A stretch of 64,000 nt of DNA. It comes from Pseudomonadota bacterium (GTDB taxonomy: Bacteria; Bdellovibrionota_C; UBA2361; SZUA-149). The DNA lies in the NCBI GenBank assembly GCA_029555385.1, contig JAKPSH010000207.1:7092-71091 (forward strand). The letters run 5' to 3'. Below, piece by piece: positions 46,865-54,935 of the stretch (its first letter is position 1; each line of letters starts with the position of its first letter). The notes under the pieces are model-generated. The model made no database searches. It was not told the DNA's origin and saw only the letters and a list, made by a program, of their open reading frames with translations. Position numbers and translations under genes: made by a program.

Positions 46865-46982
46865 GCCTGATTTCCGGGTAGCGAGGCCGCATCACTCGAT
46901 GCACGAACCAAGCGGTAGGCAACGCGAAACGCCTTAGTTCAACATAATCATTCGCCGTGCTCAGCGAAAGCATGTTTTTCAT
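46797..46982 (-). CDS. Small ORF (61 aa) with strong RBS overlapping the radical SAM 5' end
   Basis: GGGAGGAG shortly before ATG 46982; overlaps the radical SAM ORF by 68 nt; may be a remnant. Confidence 0.35.
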   Translation of the reverse strand: MKNMLSLSTANDYVELRRFALPTAWFVHRVMRPRYPEIRHAKSRSVNFCGTIALIKAAPCL

Positions 46983-47114
46983 GCTTCGCTCCTCCCGATC
47001 CGCACCCCCCGCCTTCGTTTAAGACCCTTTCCCGTACTACACTTTGATGCTACCTTAGCCTAGTTTCTGCGCCGTATTGCACGGCCGCCGGTTTCTATTT
47101 ACTTCTACACGAAA

Positions 47115-48644
47115 ATGATTCAATCCCGGTTCTCTCCAGCCACTATTAAGTTGGTGATCTGGCTGCTGTGTGGGGCGCTCAGCGCTCTTGTTGCTGCACA
47201 CCACGAACCCTGGCGAGACGAAGCGCAAGCCTGGCTCATCGCCCGTGACACAGCATCACTCCCGGCGCTACTGCAACTCGGCGGCTACGAAGCGTCTCCC
47301 ATGCTCTGGCACCTTGTTCTCCGGCCTCTGGCTCAGGCTGGTTTACCCTATTGGTCAATGCAGGTGCTGAACTTAGTGTTCGTCTTAAGCACCGCGGCGA
47401 TCGTGTTATACTGCGCTCCCTTTTCTCTGGCGCAAAAGGCAGCGATTATTTTTGGCTACTACTTTTTCTATGAGTACGGCATTATCGCCCGGAGTTATGG
47501 TCTGAGCAATCTGTTGCTCACAGCTCTTGCCGCGCGTTACCGCCGCAGAATACAGCATCCCCTACTGTTCGCGGCTTTGCTGTTCGGCCTCGCTAACTCT
47601 TCCAGCATGGGACTTATACTTGCGCTGACCATCGGTGGTTTCTTTCTTGCTGAATTGCGCGGACAAAGCGGGCGGGCAATGTTTCTTGGCACTTCATTAA
47701 TTATTGTCCTCGCACTGGCTCTTGCCGTATATCAGATCATCCCACCACAAGATGTTTCCGCCGGGCGAAAACTCGCCGGCCTATCCGCAAACTGGCTCCC
47801 TGCGAGCTGGGCTGCGCTTGCCATCGGCAATGCCTTCGCCATTTTACCGGAAGGAAATATCCATTTCTGGAATACCAGTCTATGGCTCCGTATTCCTTCC
47901 CCATTTTGGCAGTTATGCTCAATTATCTTGCTCATCTCATCGATATTCTGCTTCCGCCGCCACCCGCGCTATCTTCGGCTTTACTTATTTATAAACTTTG
48001 CTCTGTCCGCGGCAATTGTTGCCCTGTTTCTTCAATTTAACTCACGGCATACGGGCTTTCTTTTCCTCGCGTTTGTCTTTGTATTCTGGATTACTCAGGA
48101 CTGCACGCATCCGGCGCGGGTTCGTACGGATCGATTCGCTGTTTCGTTCTTTTCTCTTGTTCTACTTTTTCAACTTTACGCATCGGCAGTGGCGTTATAT
48201 TGCGAGCTTCGCCAGCCATTCTCTCCGGGACAAATCGCCGCGCGCTTTTTGAGTGATCATGGCTACATCCGCGCCGATACGATCATTGCCAGCTTCGGCT
48301 CGCATATTGCCGCGTCGATTCTGCCGTTCTTGCCCGAGAGCTGCCGCTTCTATCAAACAGAAAGCGGAGAATTCGGCAGCTATGTAGTGTGGAACACCGC
48401 ATTCTATACCGGTGGAGCTTTACGTCATTTGGCACTTCGGCGGCTCGCGCGATTAAGCTCGACGACGAAGCCGGAAACTATCTTGCTCCTTAGTTATGCA
48501 CCCATCGACGGCCATCTATTGGACAAGAACTTTGATCTTCTCGCGTCGTTTGAAGGGGGGATCGAGCGTACGGAAGAGTTTTACATTTATCGAATACTAA
48601 ATCCTCATGAACCTCATGGATACGTCCGAACAGGACATCAATAG
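47115..48644 (+). CDS. Polytopic membrane protein, putative GT-C glycosyltransferase
   Basis: First-loop motif HEPWRDEAQAW, YEASPMLW, YEYGIIARSYG, many TM helices, periplasmic C-terminal domain. Confidence 0.8.
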   Translation: MIQSRFSPATIKLVIWLLCGALSALVAAHHEPWRDEAQAWLIARDTASLPALLQLGGYEASPMLWHLVLRPLAQAGLPYWSMQVLNLVFVLSTAAIVLYCAPFSLAQKAAIIFGYYFFYEYGIIARSYGLSNLLLTALAARYRRRIQHPLLFAALLFGLANSSSMGLILALTIGGFFLAELRGQSGRAMFLGTSLIIVLALALAVYQIIPPQDVSAGRKLAGLSANWLPASWAALAIGNAFAILPEGNIHFWNTSLWLRIPSPFWQLCSIILLISSIFCFRRHPRYLRLYLFINFALSAAIVALFLQFNSRHTGFLFLAFVFVFWITQDCTHPARVRTDRFAVSFFSLVLLFQLYASAVALYCELRQPFSPGQIAARFLSDHGYIRADTIIASFGSHIAASILPFLPESCRFYQTESGEFGSYVVWNTAFYTGGALRHLALRRLARLSSTTKPETILLLSYAPIDGHLLDKNFDLLASFEGGIERTEEFYIYRILNPHEPHGYVRTGHQ

Positions 48645-49635
48645 CTGCCGGGTCTCTGTTGTAGTCCCCGTAAGAAATGGCGCCGAGACCATCGTCGACT
48701 GCTTATCCGCTGTATATTCTTCGAAAACAACCCCGCACGAAGTAATAGTTGTGGATGACGCCTCAACCGATAATACCTCTTCGCTGTTAAGGCAGTTCCC
48801 GTGCCTGGTCTTGACCAATAACAAGCGCCTCGGACGCGGAGCGAGTAAGAATAAAGGCCTCAAAGCAGCTAGAGGAGACTTGACTGCTTTTGTTGATGCC
48901 GATGTATTGGTTCATCCTGATGCGCTCCAAAGTGCCGTCTTGGCTTTTATCGAAGATGCCTCGCTATGCGCGATCTGCGCGGTTCCCGAAGCAAAGAGCC
49001 CGTACTCGAACTTCGCCAGCCGTTACAAGGCTCTTTATATGCATTTCATTCTCAAGGACTTTCCGGCGCCAACGGATTTTTTGCACGGCTGTTTTCAGGT
49101 TTTCCGCACCAATATTTTGCATTCCGTGAACCTAAATTTTGATGAGCAGATGCATTGTGACGACATAGATCTCGGCGTGCGCTTAAAAAAGACCGGCGGT
49201 AAGATAATCGTTATGCGTCAAATTTCCGTAGCGCATAAAAAATACTATTCGCTCTTCCGGCTGCTGCGCAACGACTTTAAAGTATCTGCCGAATTCGCTT
49301 ATTTGCTGTGCAAGCATTCGCTCGCCCTGACATCGCTTAAGCAGGGCAGATTTGCCCATGCGCGACTGCCGCAGCTGTTGGGGGTTTTTGCGGCGGGAGC
49401 AACCACAGCAACGCTGATCTCCGGGCCGCGATTTGCGCTGTTCTCCGCAGGCTTTGCCGGGCTCTTTTGGCTCCTGAACTGGCCGTTTTTCAAGTTCCTC
49501 ATCGCAAAGGAGAACCCGGACATGGCAGTCCGCTCGATCGTATTTACATTGATCGATCAGTCCGTAATGCTCTGCGGCATACTTGCCGGAATGCTCACCA
49601 ATATCGCACGATTGCTGATGCTTAAACGCTCGTAG
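48607..49635 (+). CDS. Glycosyltransferase family 2 with C-terminal TM helices
   Basis: VSVVVPVRN, EVIVVDDASTD, FVDAD, FDE...DDIDLG. Confidence 0.9.
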   Translation: MNLMDTSEQDINSCRVSVVVPVRNGAETIVDCLSAVYSSKTTPHEVIVVDDASTDNTSSLLRQFPCLVLTNNKRLGRGASKNKGLKAARGDLTAFVDADVLVHPDALQSAVLAFIEDASLCAICAVPEAKSPYSNFASRYKALYMHFILKDFPAPTDFLHGCFQVFRTNILHSVNLNFDEQMHCDDIDLGVRLKKTGGKIIVMRQISVAHKKYYSLFRLLRNDFKVSAEFAYLLCKHSLALTSLKQGRFAHARLPQLLGVFAAGATTATLISGPRFALFSAGFAGLFWLLNWPFFKFLIAKENPDMAVRSIVFTLIDQSVMLCGILAGMLTNIARLLMLKRS

Positions 49636-49713
49636 GCGGCGCTGCCGACTTTCAGACGAAGGGAGGCCATTTGCTTACGATACCGCCGGCAGCACATCGG
49701 CCGGGAACTCATT

Positions 49714-50724
49714 TTAACGGTAACAGTAAATATGCGTCACCAGCAGGGCGGAATAATCACGCAAGACACCGGGATGTGCGGCGGATATCCGCATCACTGC
49801 CTCTCGGTACTGCGCGACATCCTCCACCTCAAAGGTCACTTCATAATCCCATTCGCCCAGCACTTTTGTGACATAAACCATCCGCGCTTCACGCCGCAGA
49901 CTGTCAATAAAGCTCTGGACCTCCGGACGCGGGCGCTCGTTTAGCTGCAGCAGCAGCTTGTAGTTCATTTGCTGGATGCTGCCGGGATTGAGGATAACTG
50001 TGTAACCTGAGATGACCTTGCTCTCCTCCAAACGTTTGATCCGGCGCAGCACAGTTTCTCGCGACACGGCGGCATCGGGCCGCTGCTTCGCGATCTTCGC
50101 GCTGAGATCCGCCGCGTTTTGCCGGCAGTCGCCGCTGAGCAGTTGCAGCAGCAGCAGATCGACTTCGTCAAGCAGCGCACGCTCGCCTGAAGCAGAATAG
50201 CAGATACTCTTGCGCGGACCAGGCTTCCCGGGGAGCAAATAACTGCGGGCAAAATACTCCGAGCGGATATTGACGACAATTCCGCGCCGGGAAATAAAGT
50301 GGCCATAACGCCCCAGAAAATTATCTAAGAGCTGGCTCAGCTCACAGATGTCACCCGAGCGCATTCCAAGACCGAGATCGAACTGTCCTTCAAATTGGGC
50401 AAGCCAGACGATCTCAGGGAAGCTAAGCAAGTAGCCGATAATTCTCTCAACATCAGACTGCATCGCATTTTGCAGCCGGAGAAACACTTTATATGTAAGG
50501 TGTCCAAGTCTGCCATAATCAAGCACAGTGTAGAACGACTGGATCGTCCCGCGTTCTAGCAGGGCTTTCAACCGGTAACGCACCGTCTCCTGAGTAAGTC
50601 CTGTGCTCTTAGCGATTGCGCTGAGAGACATCCGCGCATGCCCATCTAAGGCGTACAGGATACGGCTGTCGGCCGCATCAATCTGCCGCACCGGACCTTG
50701 TTTTCGGGCGCTGGTATCCACCAT
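49714..50724 (-). CDS. Tandem double-domain Lrp/AsnC family transcriptional regulator
   Basis: Two wHTH+RAM units: IDAADSRILYALDGHARMSLSAIAK...ETVRYRL and LDEVDLLLLQLLSGDCRQ...ETVLRRIKRLEESKVISGY, with GQFD/GEWD motifs; start uncertain. Confidence 0.9.
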   Translation of the reverse strand: MVDTSARKQGPVRQIDAADSRILYALDGHARMSLSAIAKSTGLTQETVRYRLKALLERGTIQSFYTVLDYGRLGHLTYKVFLRLQNAMQSDVERIIGYLLSFPEIVWLAQFEGQFDLGLGMRSGDICELSQLLDNFLGRYGHFISRRGIVVNIRSEYFARSYLLPGKPGPRKSICYSASGERALLDEVDLLLLQLLSGDCRQNAADLSAKIAKQRPDAAVSRETVLRRIKRLEESKVISGYTVILNPGSIQQMNYKLLLQLNERPRPEVQSFIDSLRREARMVYVTKVLGEWDYEVTFEVEDVAQYREAVMRISAAHPGVLRDYSALLVTHIYCYR

Positions 50725-50813
50725 AGTGCCCGTTATAGTAATTTCTTGCGCAATTTGCAACAAGGTCATACTCGATGCCTCATGCAGAGGATTAGTAGTT
50801 TGGAGTACATTCA

Positions 50814-51653
50814 ATGGACTGGGTTCGTCATGGGCAAGGGGGCGCTCGCGCGCCGTTTCCCCCGCTCACGCTGTGTTCTGTCGTTGATTCAAGGCTGAGT
50901 TCGCGCCGCGAGATATTAAGCGATGTCAAGTCCAGCGCTCTTTTCGAAGAGATCGCCGAGGCCCACTCTGTTGAGCATGGACTTGGGCTGCTTGCGCAGC
51001 AGGACACGGACGCGTGCATTATTGGACCGTCAGTATCCCAAACAGCAGCAACGCATTTTCTTGACCGTGCTGGTGCAATGGCATGTGCAGCAACAACTGC
51101 TTTCATCGCGATCACCGCCGGGCACGAGGATGAAAACCCGCTGCTATCCCATCCCCGGTTGAACGGCGCGCTGAAAAGGCCATATTTAAAAGGCTCGTTG
51201 AGCGAGCAGATTGTCCGCTCCGTAGTATCCGCAAACAAAAGCTCGATATGGCGCACACTTCTTGAGCAAGGAACACTGCCGGTCAATGCTGCCGAGCCGG
51301 TGGCATTGGGTGCGGTAAATCGCCTTGTCCAGAACGAAATGCACCATGTAATCGAACGCACCTTTCCAGAACTTCGCGAGCTGGCCGCCGGTCACGAGCA
51401 GGGCAGGTACGGGCTGCAGATTAACGGTTCGCCAACCAAGCCAACGCTAGCGGCGATCCGCAATATTATCGGCAAATTGCAGCTTCACACATCTCACCGC
51501 ATCAGTTTGGAAAATAGCTTTTACGACTTTCTCGAAGCAGCGATCATCCGCTGGTTTGCGGAGATGGTCATTGATTCCGAAGAAGCCGCAACGGTTAATC
51601 TCCGGCGCGAGCTTGCCAGCGCCATCAACAAGAACAGGAGAGACGAACGATGA
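50814..51653 (+). CDS. Atypical (pseudo-)receiver domain protein
   Basis: Receiver-like pattern SVVD...AEAHSVEHGL...DACIIG...LKRPY; Gly at the phospho-Asp position. Confidence 0.65.
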   Translation: MDWVRHGQGGARAPFPPLTLCSVVDSRLSSRREILSDVKSSALFEEIAEAHSVEHGLGLLAQQDTDACIIGPSVSQTAATHFLDRAGAMACAATTAFIAITAGHEDENPLLSHPRLNGALKRPYLKGSLSEQIVRSVVSANKSSIWRTLLEQGTLPVNAAEPVALGAVNRLVQNEMHHVIERTFPELRELAAGHEQGRYGLQINGSPTKPTLAAIRNIIGKLQLHTSHRISLENSFYDFLEAAIIRWFAEMVIDSEEAATVNLRRELASAINKNRRDER

Positions 51654-51973
51654 AGCGCGACTTCCCCGCACAGCAAACGATAGTGATCAGCGATGACTTA
51701 TACTCAGCCGAAGCTTGCAGCTCGCTCGCCTGGCAAATCGACAATACCCCCAAGCAAGCCGGCGAAACGATCGCCCTGGATTTTCGCAATGTCCGGATTA
51801 TAACTTCTTTTGCATTAAGAACAATTCTCGAAGCGCATCACCAATGCAAAAGGGCGCAGGCCTCCATCTCCATACAGAATGCACGAGGAGCCGTTCTGGC
51901 AATTATAAATTCCATCCGCCTTCACCGCTTTATTAGCATCGGTCAAACAAATAATTCGGGTAAGACCAGATAA
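51650..51973 (+). CDS. STAS domain protein (anti-anti-sigma-like)
   Basis: IALDFRNVRIITSFALRTIL matches the STAS LDxSxVxxIDSSGL pattern; ATGA coupling. Confidence 0.8.
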   Translation: MKRDFPAQQTIVISDDLYSAEACSSLAWQIDNTPKQAGETIALDFRNVRIITSFALRTILEAHHQCKRAQASISIQNARGAVLAIINSIRLHRFISIGQTNNSGKTR

Positions 51974-52656
51974 TGTACAAGCTTAAGGCTGTCGTCATTG
52001 AAACAGATTCCCGCTCACGGATAAAGCTTAAGCAAGCTATGGCCATCTGCGGCTCCTTCACCTCACCGGTATTTTGCCGTGACTTTACTGAGGGGTCAGC
52101 AGTCATTCATGGCGGTTCGGATTATGATGTTGTATTTATCGCTGAGCGAGCCGGGCCGGAACATGTCGCCGCCTTTCTGGAAAAGGCAAGACAGAGTCCG
52201 TACAGCAAGCATGCCGCATACGTAATTATCCAAGACGCTTCTCAGAAAACGCGGGCCTTAGTCGGCGCAAAGGTGTTGGATGGCATCCATGCTTTTCTTT
52301 ATGAACCGTATTCTGTCGATGACGTCATAAGCATTGCCCGGATTGCCGGCCAAGTGAAGCTTTCCCATCTTCGTGCGCGAGAAAAGGCCGCCGTAACCTT
52401 GGTCTTAAAAGATTCGATGATTCAAATTGACAAAATTGCCCTGCTGCAAATTCGCGGCAACCCTGTGGAACGTGAACTCGAGCGCCTGGACAAAATGTGC
52501 GCTTCGCTCGACAAAGTAAAGACATTGACCCCGGACCTCTTCGGCGAAGCGGCCACTGCGGCTTTCGCCCAGGCTCCCCGCCCGCAGTCCTCCGTTGAAT
52601 ACCAAGAATACGGCGGAGTCAGCCGCCGCGTACAAGCAAAGCTAGATGAAAAGTAG
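51973..52656 (+). CDS. Atypical (pseudo-)receiver domain protein
   Basis: AVVIETD...YDVVFIA...AFLYEPYS; phospho-Asp replaced by Ala and KP by EP; TAATG coupling. Confidence 0.7.
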   Translation: MYKLKAVVIETDSRSRIKLKQAMAICGSFTSPVFCRDFTEGSAVIHGGSDYDVVFIAERAGPEHVAAFLEKARQSPYSKHAAYVIIQDASQKTRALVGAKVLDGIHAFLYEPYSVDDVISIARIAGQVKLSHLRAREKAAVTLVLKDSMIQIDKIALLQIRGNPVERELERLDKMCASLDKVKTLTPDLFGEAATAAFAQAPRPQSSVEYQEYGGVSRRVQAKLDEK

Positions 52657-52677
52657 CCCACTCCCGTCTATCCGGCC

Positions 52678-52705
52678 TTGAGTCCCTGCCAGAATAATAT
52701 ATAAT
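52678..52705 (+). promoter_or_regulatory. Putative sigma70 promoter for the hybrid kinase
   Basis: TTGAGT, 16-nt spacer, TATAAT in an AT-rich patch. Confidence 0.4.
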
Positions 52706-52740
52706 ATTGCTGATACAATCCGCAGAGCACGAGCAAAGTT

Positions 52741-54819
52741 ATGAAAGATCCCTCCCCGGTTAATGTGCTCTCTGCCGTCTTGGCACTCCAGGAAATGATG
52801 ACCGCGGACGCCGCGCCTTCTGTGCTATATGCCGCGCTGCTGCGCAGCCTGATGACTCTAAGCTCAAGTGCTAGTGCATTAATCACCGAACTTGCGCAAG
52901 ATGCACCAGAGGGACGGCAAATGACAATCACCGCTTCATGCACAGCCGCAGAGCAGCCCGTTACGGAACTTGAACTGCCGGAGTTGTCCAGCCTTGCAGA
53001 AAAAGCGTCTGCCTGTGAAAACGCGGCTCTTTCGCTCAGTGCTCACGGGGGAAAGCCATGCTGCGGTAATGATCGCATTAACCATCTGCTGGTTCTCCCG
53101 CTTCTTTACAATAAGCAGCCTCTGGCCTCTGTGTTTTTATTTAATCGCGAACAGGCTTACGATACCGGGCTTATTGCCAGCCTGGCGCCACTGACTCAAC
53201 TCGGTGCGATAATCGCCGGACTCTTGTCGATGCAGCGCAAACATATCCTTATTGAAAGGGCATTGCGGGATAGCGAAGTCCGTTTGCGTCAAGTAATCGA
53301 CCTCGTGCCCCATCACATTTTTGCTATTGTTCCAAGCAAAGGTGGACGGCTTATTTTTGCCAACAAAGCACTCGCCGAGGTTTACGGCATGACAACCGAG
53401 GAAGTTGTCGGCAAAACGCAGCGCGAAATTACACCGATGCGCGCCGAAGAGGAGCACTTTCTTGCCGACGATCTGGAAGTAATTCGCAGCGGGAAAGAAA
53501 AGTTCATCCCTGAAGAAATTTATACCGATCCCTTTGGCAGAGTACACTATTTGCAGACAACAAAAATTCCGTTTAAGGCCGTGGATACCGGTGAGCCTGC
53601 GGTGCTGGGAATCTGCGTCGATATTACGGAACAGAAAAAAGCTGCCGAAGAACGGCGGCACATCGAGGAACAGTTGCAGCAGTCACAAAAGCTGGAAAGT
53701 CTTGGTTTGCTCGCCGGCGGCATCGCGCATGATTTCAACAATCTGCTAACTGGAATCCTGGGCCATGCGAGCCTGGCACTGCTGGATATACCTCAAGCTT
53801 CGCCGGCGCACGCGCGCCTGCGCTCCGTTGAAACTGCCGCACATCGAGCGGCTCAGCTCTGCCGCCAGTTGCTGGCCTATTCCGGACGCGGCAACTTCGA
53901 AATTAAACCGCTGAATCTCTCCGCGATCGTCGGCGAAATGGCAGAGTTCCTCACTGTCTCTGTGTCAAAGAAAGCGGAATTACGCCTCGAACTCGCGCCA
54001 GTGCTGCCTGCGGTCGATGGTGATGCAAGTCAGCTTCACCAGGTCATTCTCAATCTGCTCATCAACTCCTCAGAATCCCTGGGCAACAAGAGCGGAACGA
54101 TTACCGTCAGCACTCAGGCCGGACGCTTCTCGCCGAAAGAATTAACTGAGTTCTGCCTCAACGACCAGCTTGCCGAAGGTGAATTTGTGGTGCTGGAAGT
54201 GACCGATTCCGGCTGCGGCATGGACGCACAAACTAAAGCAAAGATCTTTGATCCTTTCTTTTCCACCAAATTCCCCGGACGAGGCCTGGGCATGGCTGCG
54301 GTGCTAGGTGTTGTTCGCGGACACCACGGCGGCATTCGCATCACCAGCAACCCGGAGCAGGGCTGCCGGGCCACCGTTATTTTCCCAGTCAGCGAACGTG
54401 CTGCGCAATCTCTGCCGATAAGACGTTCGAGTGAAAAGCTGAACGACTTCAAGGCAAGCGGCACGGTCTTGGTTGTCGACGACGAAGATACTGTCCGCGA
54501 GATCGCCAAAGCCGCCCTTGAACGTTACGGCTATCGCATACTGGAAGCGCGGGATGGAGTTGAAGCCCTTCAAATCTTGCACGAGCATCAGCAAGAGGTT
54601 TCCGCCATATTGCTTGATATAACAATGCCCCGGCTAAGCGGAGAGGAAACTCTTCGCGAAATACGCCTCATTTCCCAAACAGTTCCTGTAATCCTTTCCA
54701 GTGGGTACAATGAGCAAGATGCTCTTTCCCGCCTTACTTGCAATGAGATGACCGGGTTTATTCAGAAACCATACACGGGTCCTGAACTTATCGCTAAGGT
54801 TAGACAGGTCCTCACATAA
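52741..54819 (+). CDS. Cytoplasmic hybrid sensor histidine kinase (GAF-PAS-HisKA-HATPase-REC, CckA-like architecture)
   Basis: QKLESLGLLAGGIAHDFNNLL, QVILNLLIN, DSGCGM, FDPFFSTK, GRGLG, VLVVDDE...LLDITMP...FIQKPY. Confidence 0.95.
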   Translation: MKDPSPVNVLSAVLALQEMMTADAAPSVLYAALLRSLMTLSSSASALITELAQDAPEGRQMTITASCTAAEQPVTELELPELSSLAEKASACENAALSLSAHGGKPCCGNDRINHLLVLPLLYNKQPLASVFLFNREQAYDTGLIASLAPLTQLGAIIAGLLSMQRKHILIERALRDSEVRLRQVIDLVPHHIFAIVPSKGGRLIFANKALAEVYGMTTEEVVGKTQREITPMRAEEEHFLADDLEVIRSGKEKFIPEEIYTDPFGRVHYLQTTKIPFKAVDTGEPAVLGICVDITEQKKAAEERRHIEEQLQQSQKLESLGLLAGGIAHDFNNLLTGILGHASLALLDIPQASPAHARLRSVETAAHRAAQLCRQLLAYSGRGNFEIKPLNLSAIVGEMAEFLTVSVSKKAELRLELAPVLPAVDGDASQLHQVILNLLINSSESLGNKSGTITVSTQAGRFSPKELTEFCLNDQLAEGEFVVLEVTDSGCGMDAQTKAKIFDPFFSTKFPGRGLGMAAVLGVVRGHHGGIRITSNPEQGCRATVIFPVSERAAQSLPIRRSSEKLNDFKASGTVLVVDDEDTVREIAKAALERYGYRILEARDGVEALQILHEHQQEVSAILLDITMPRLSGEETLREIRLISQTVPVILSSGYNEQDALSRLTCNEMTGFIQKPYTGPELIAKVRQVLT

Positions 54820-54935
54820 TCAGCCGCACAAGACTCGCGGCTTGCCAAGCCCACGAGTATAGTTATAGTTTTAGTAGGGTTATCCGGGCCGCCGCTTCCA
54901 GCAAGCAAGGCAAATGCTAAAAGTGAGAGCAAAAG

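Noticed and set aside
40485..46982. Lasso peptide or other RiPP cluster (kinase + NTase + radical SAM)
   Set aside because: No asparagine-synthetase-like cyclase, transglutaminase-like peptidase or PqqD/RRE; neighbours are lipid and sugar enzymes.
49714..50724. Siroheme decarboxylase AhbA/B (Lrp-like fold)
   Set aside because: Lacks the HxYxR motif and any heme-biosynthesis context.
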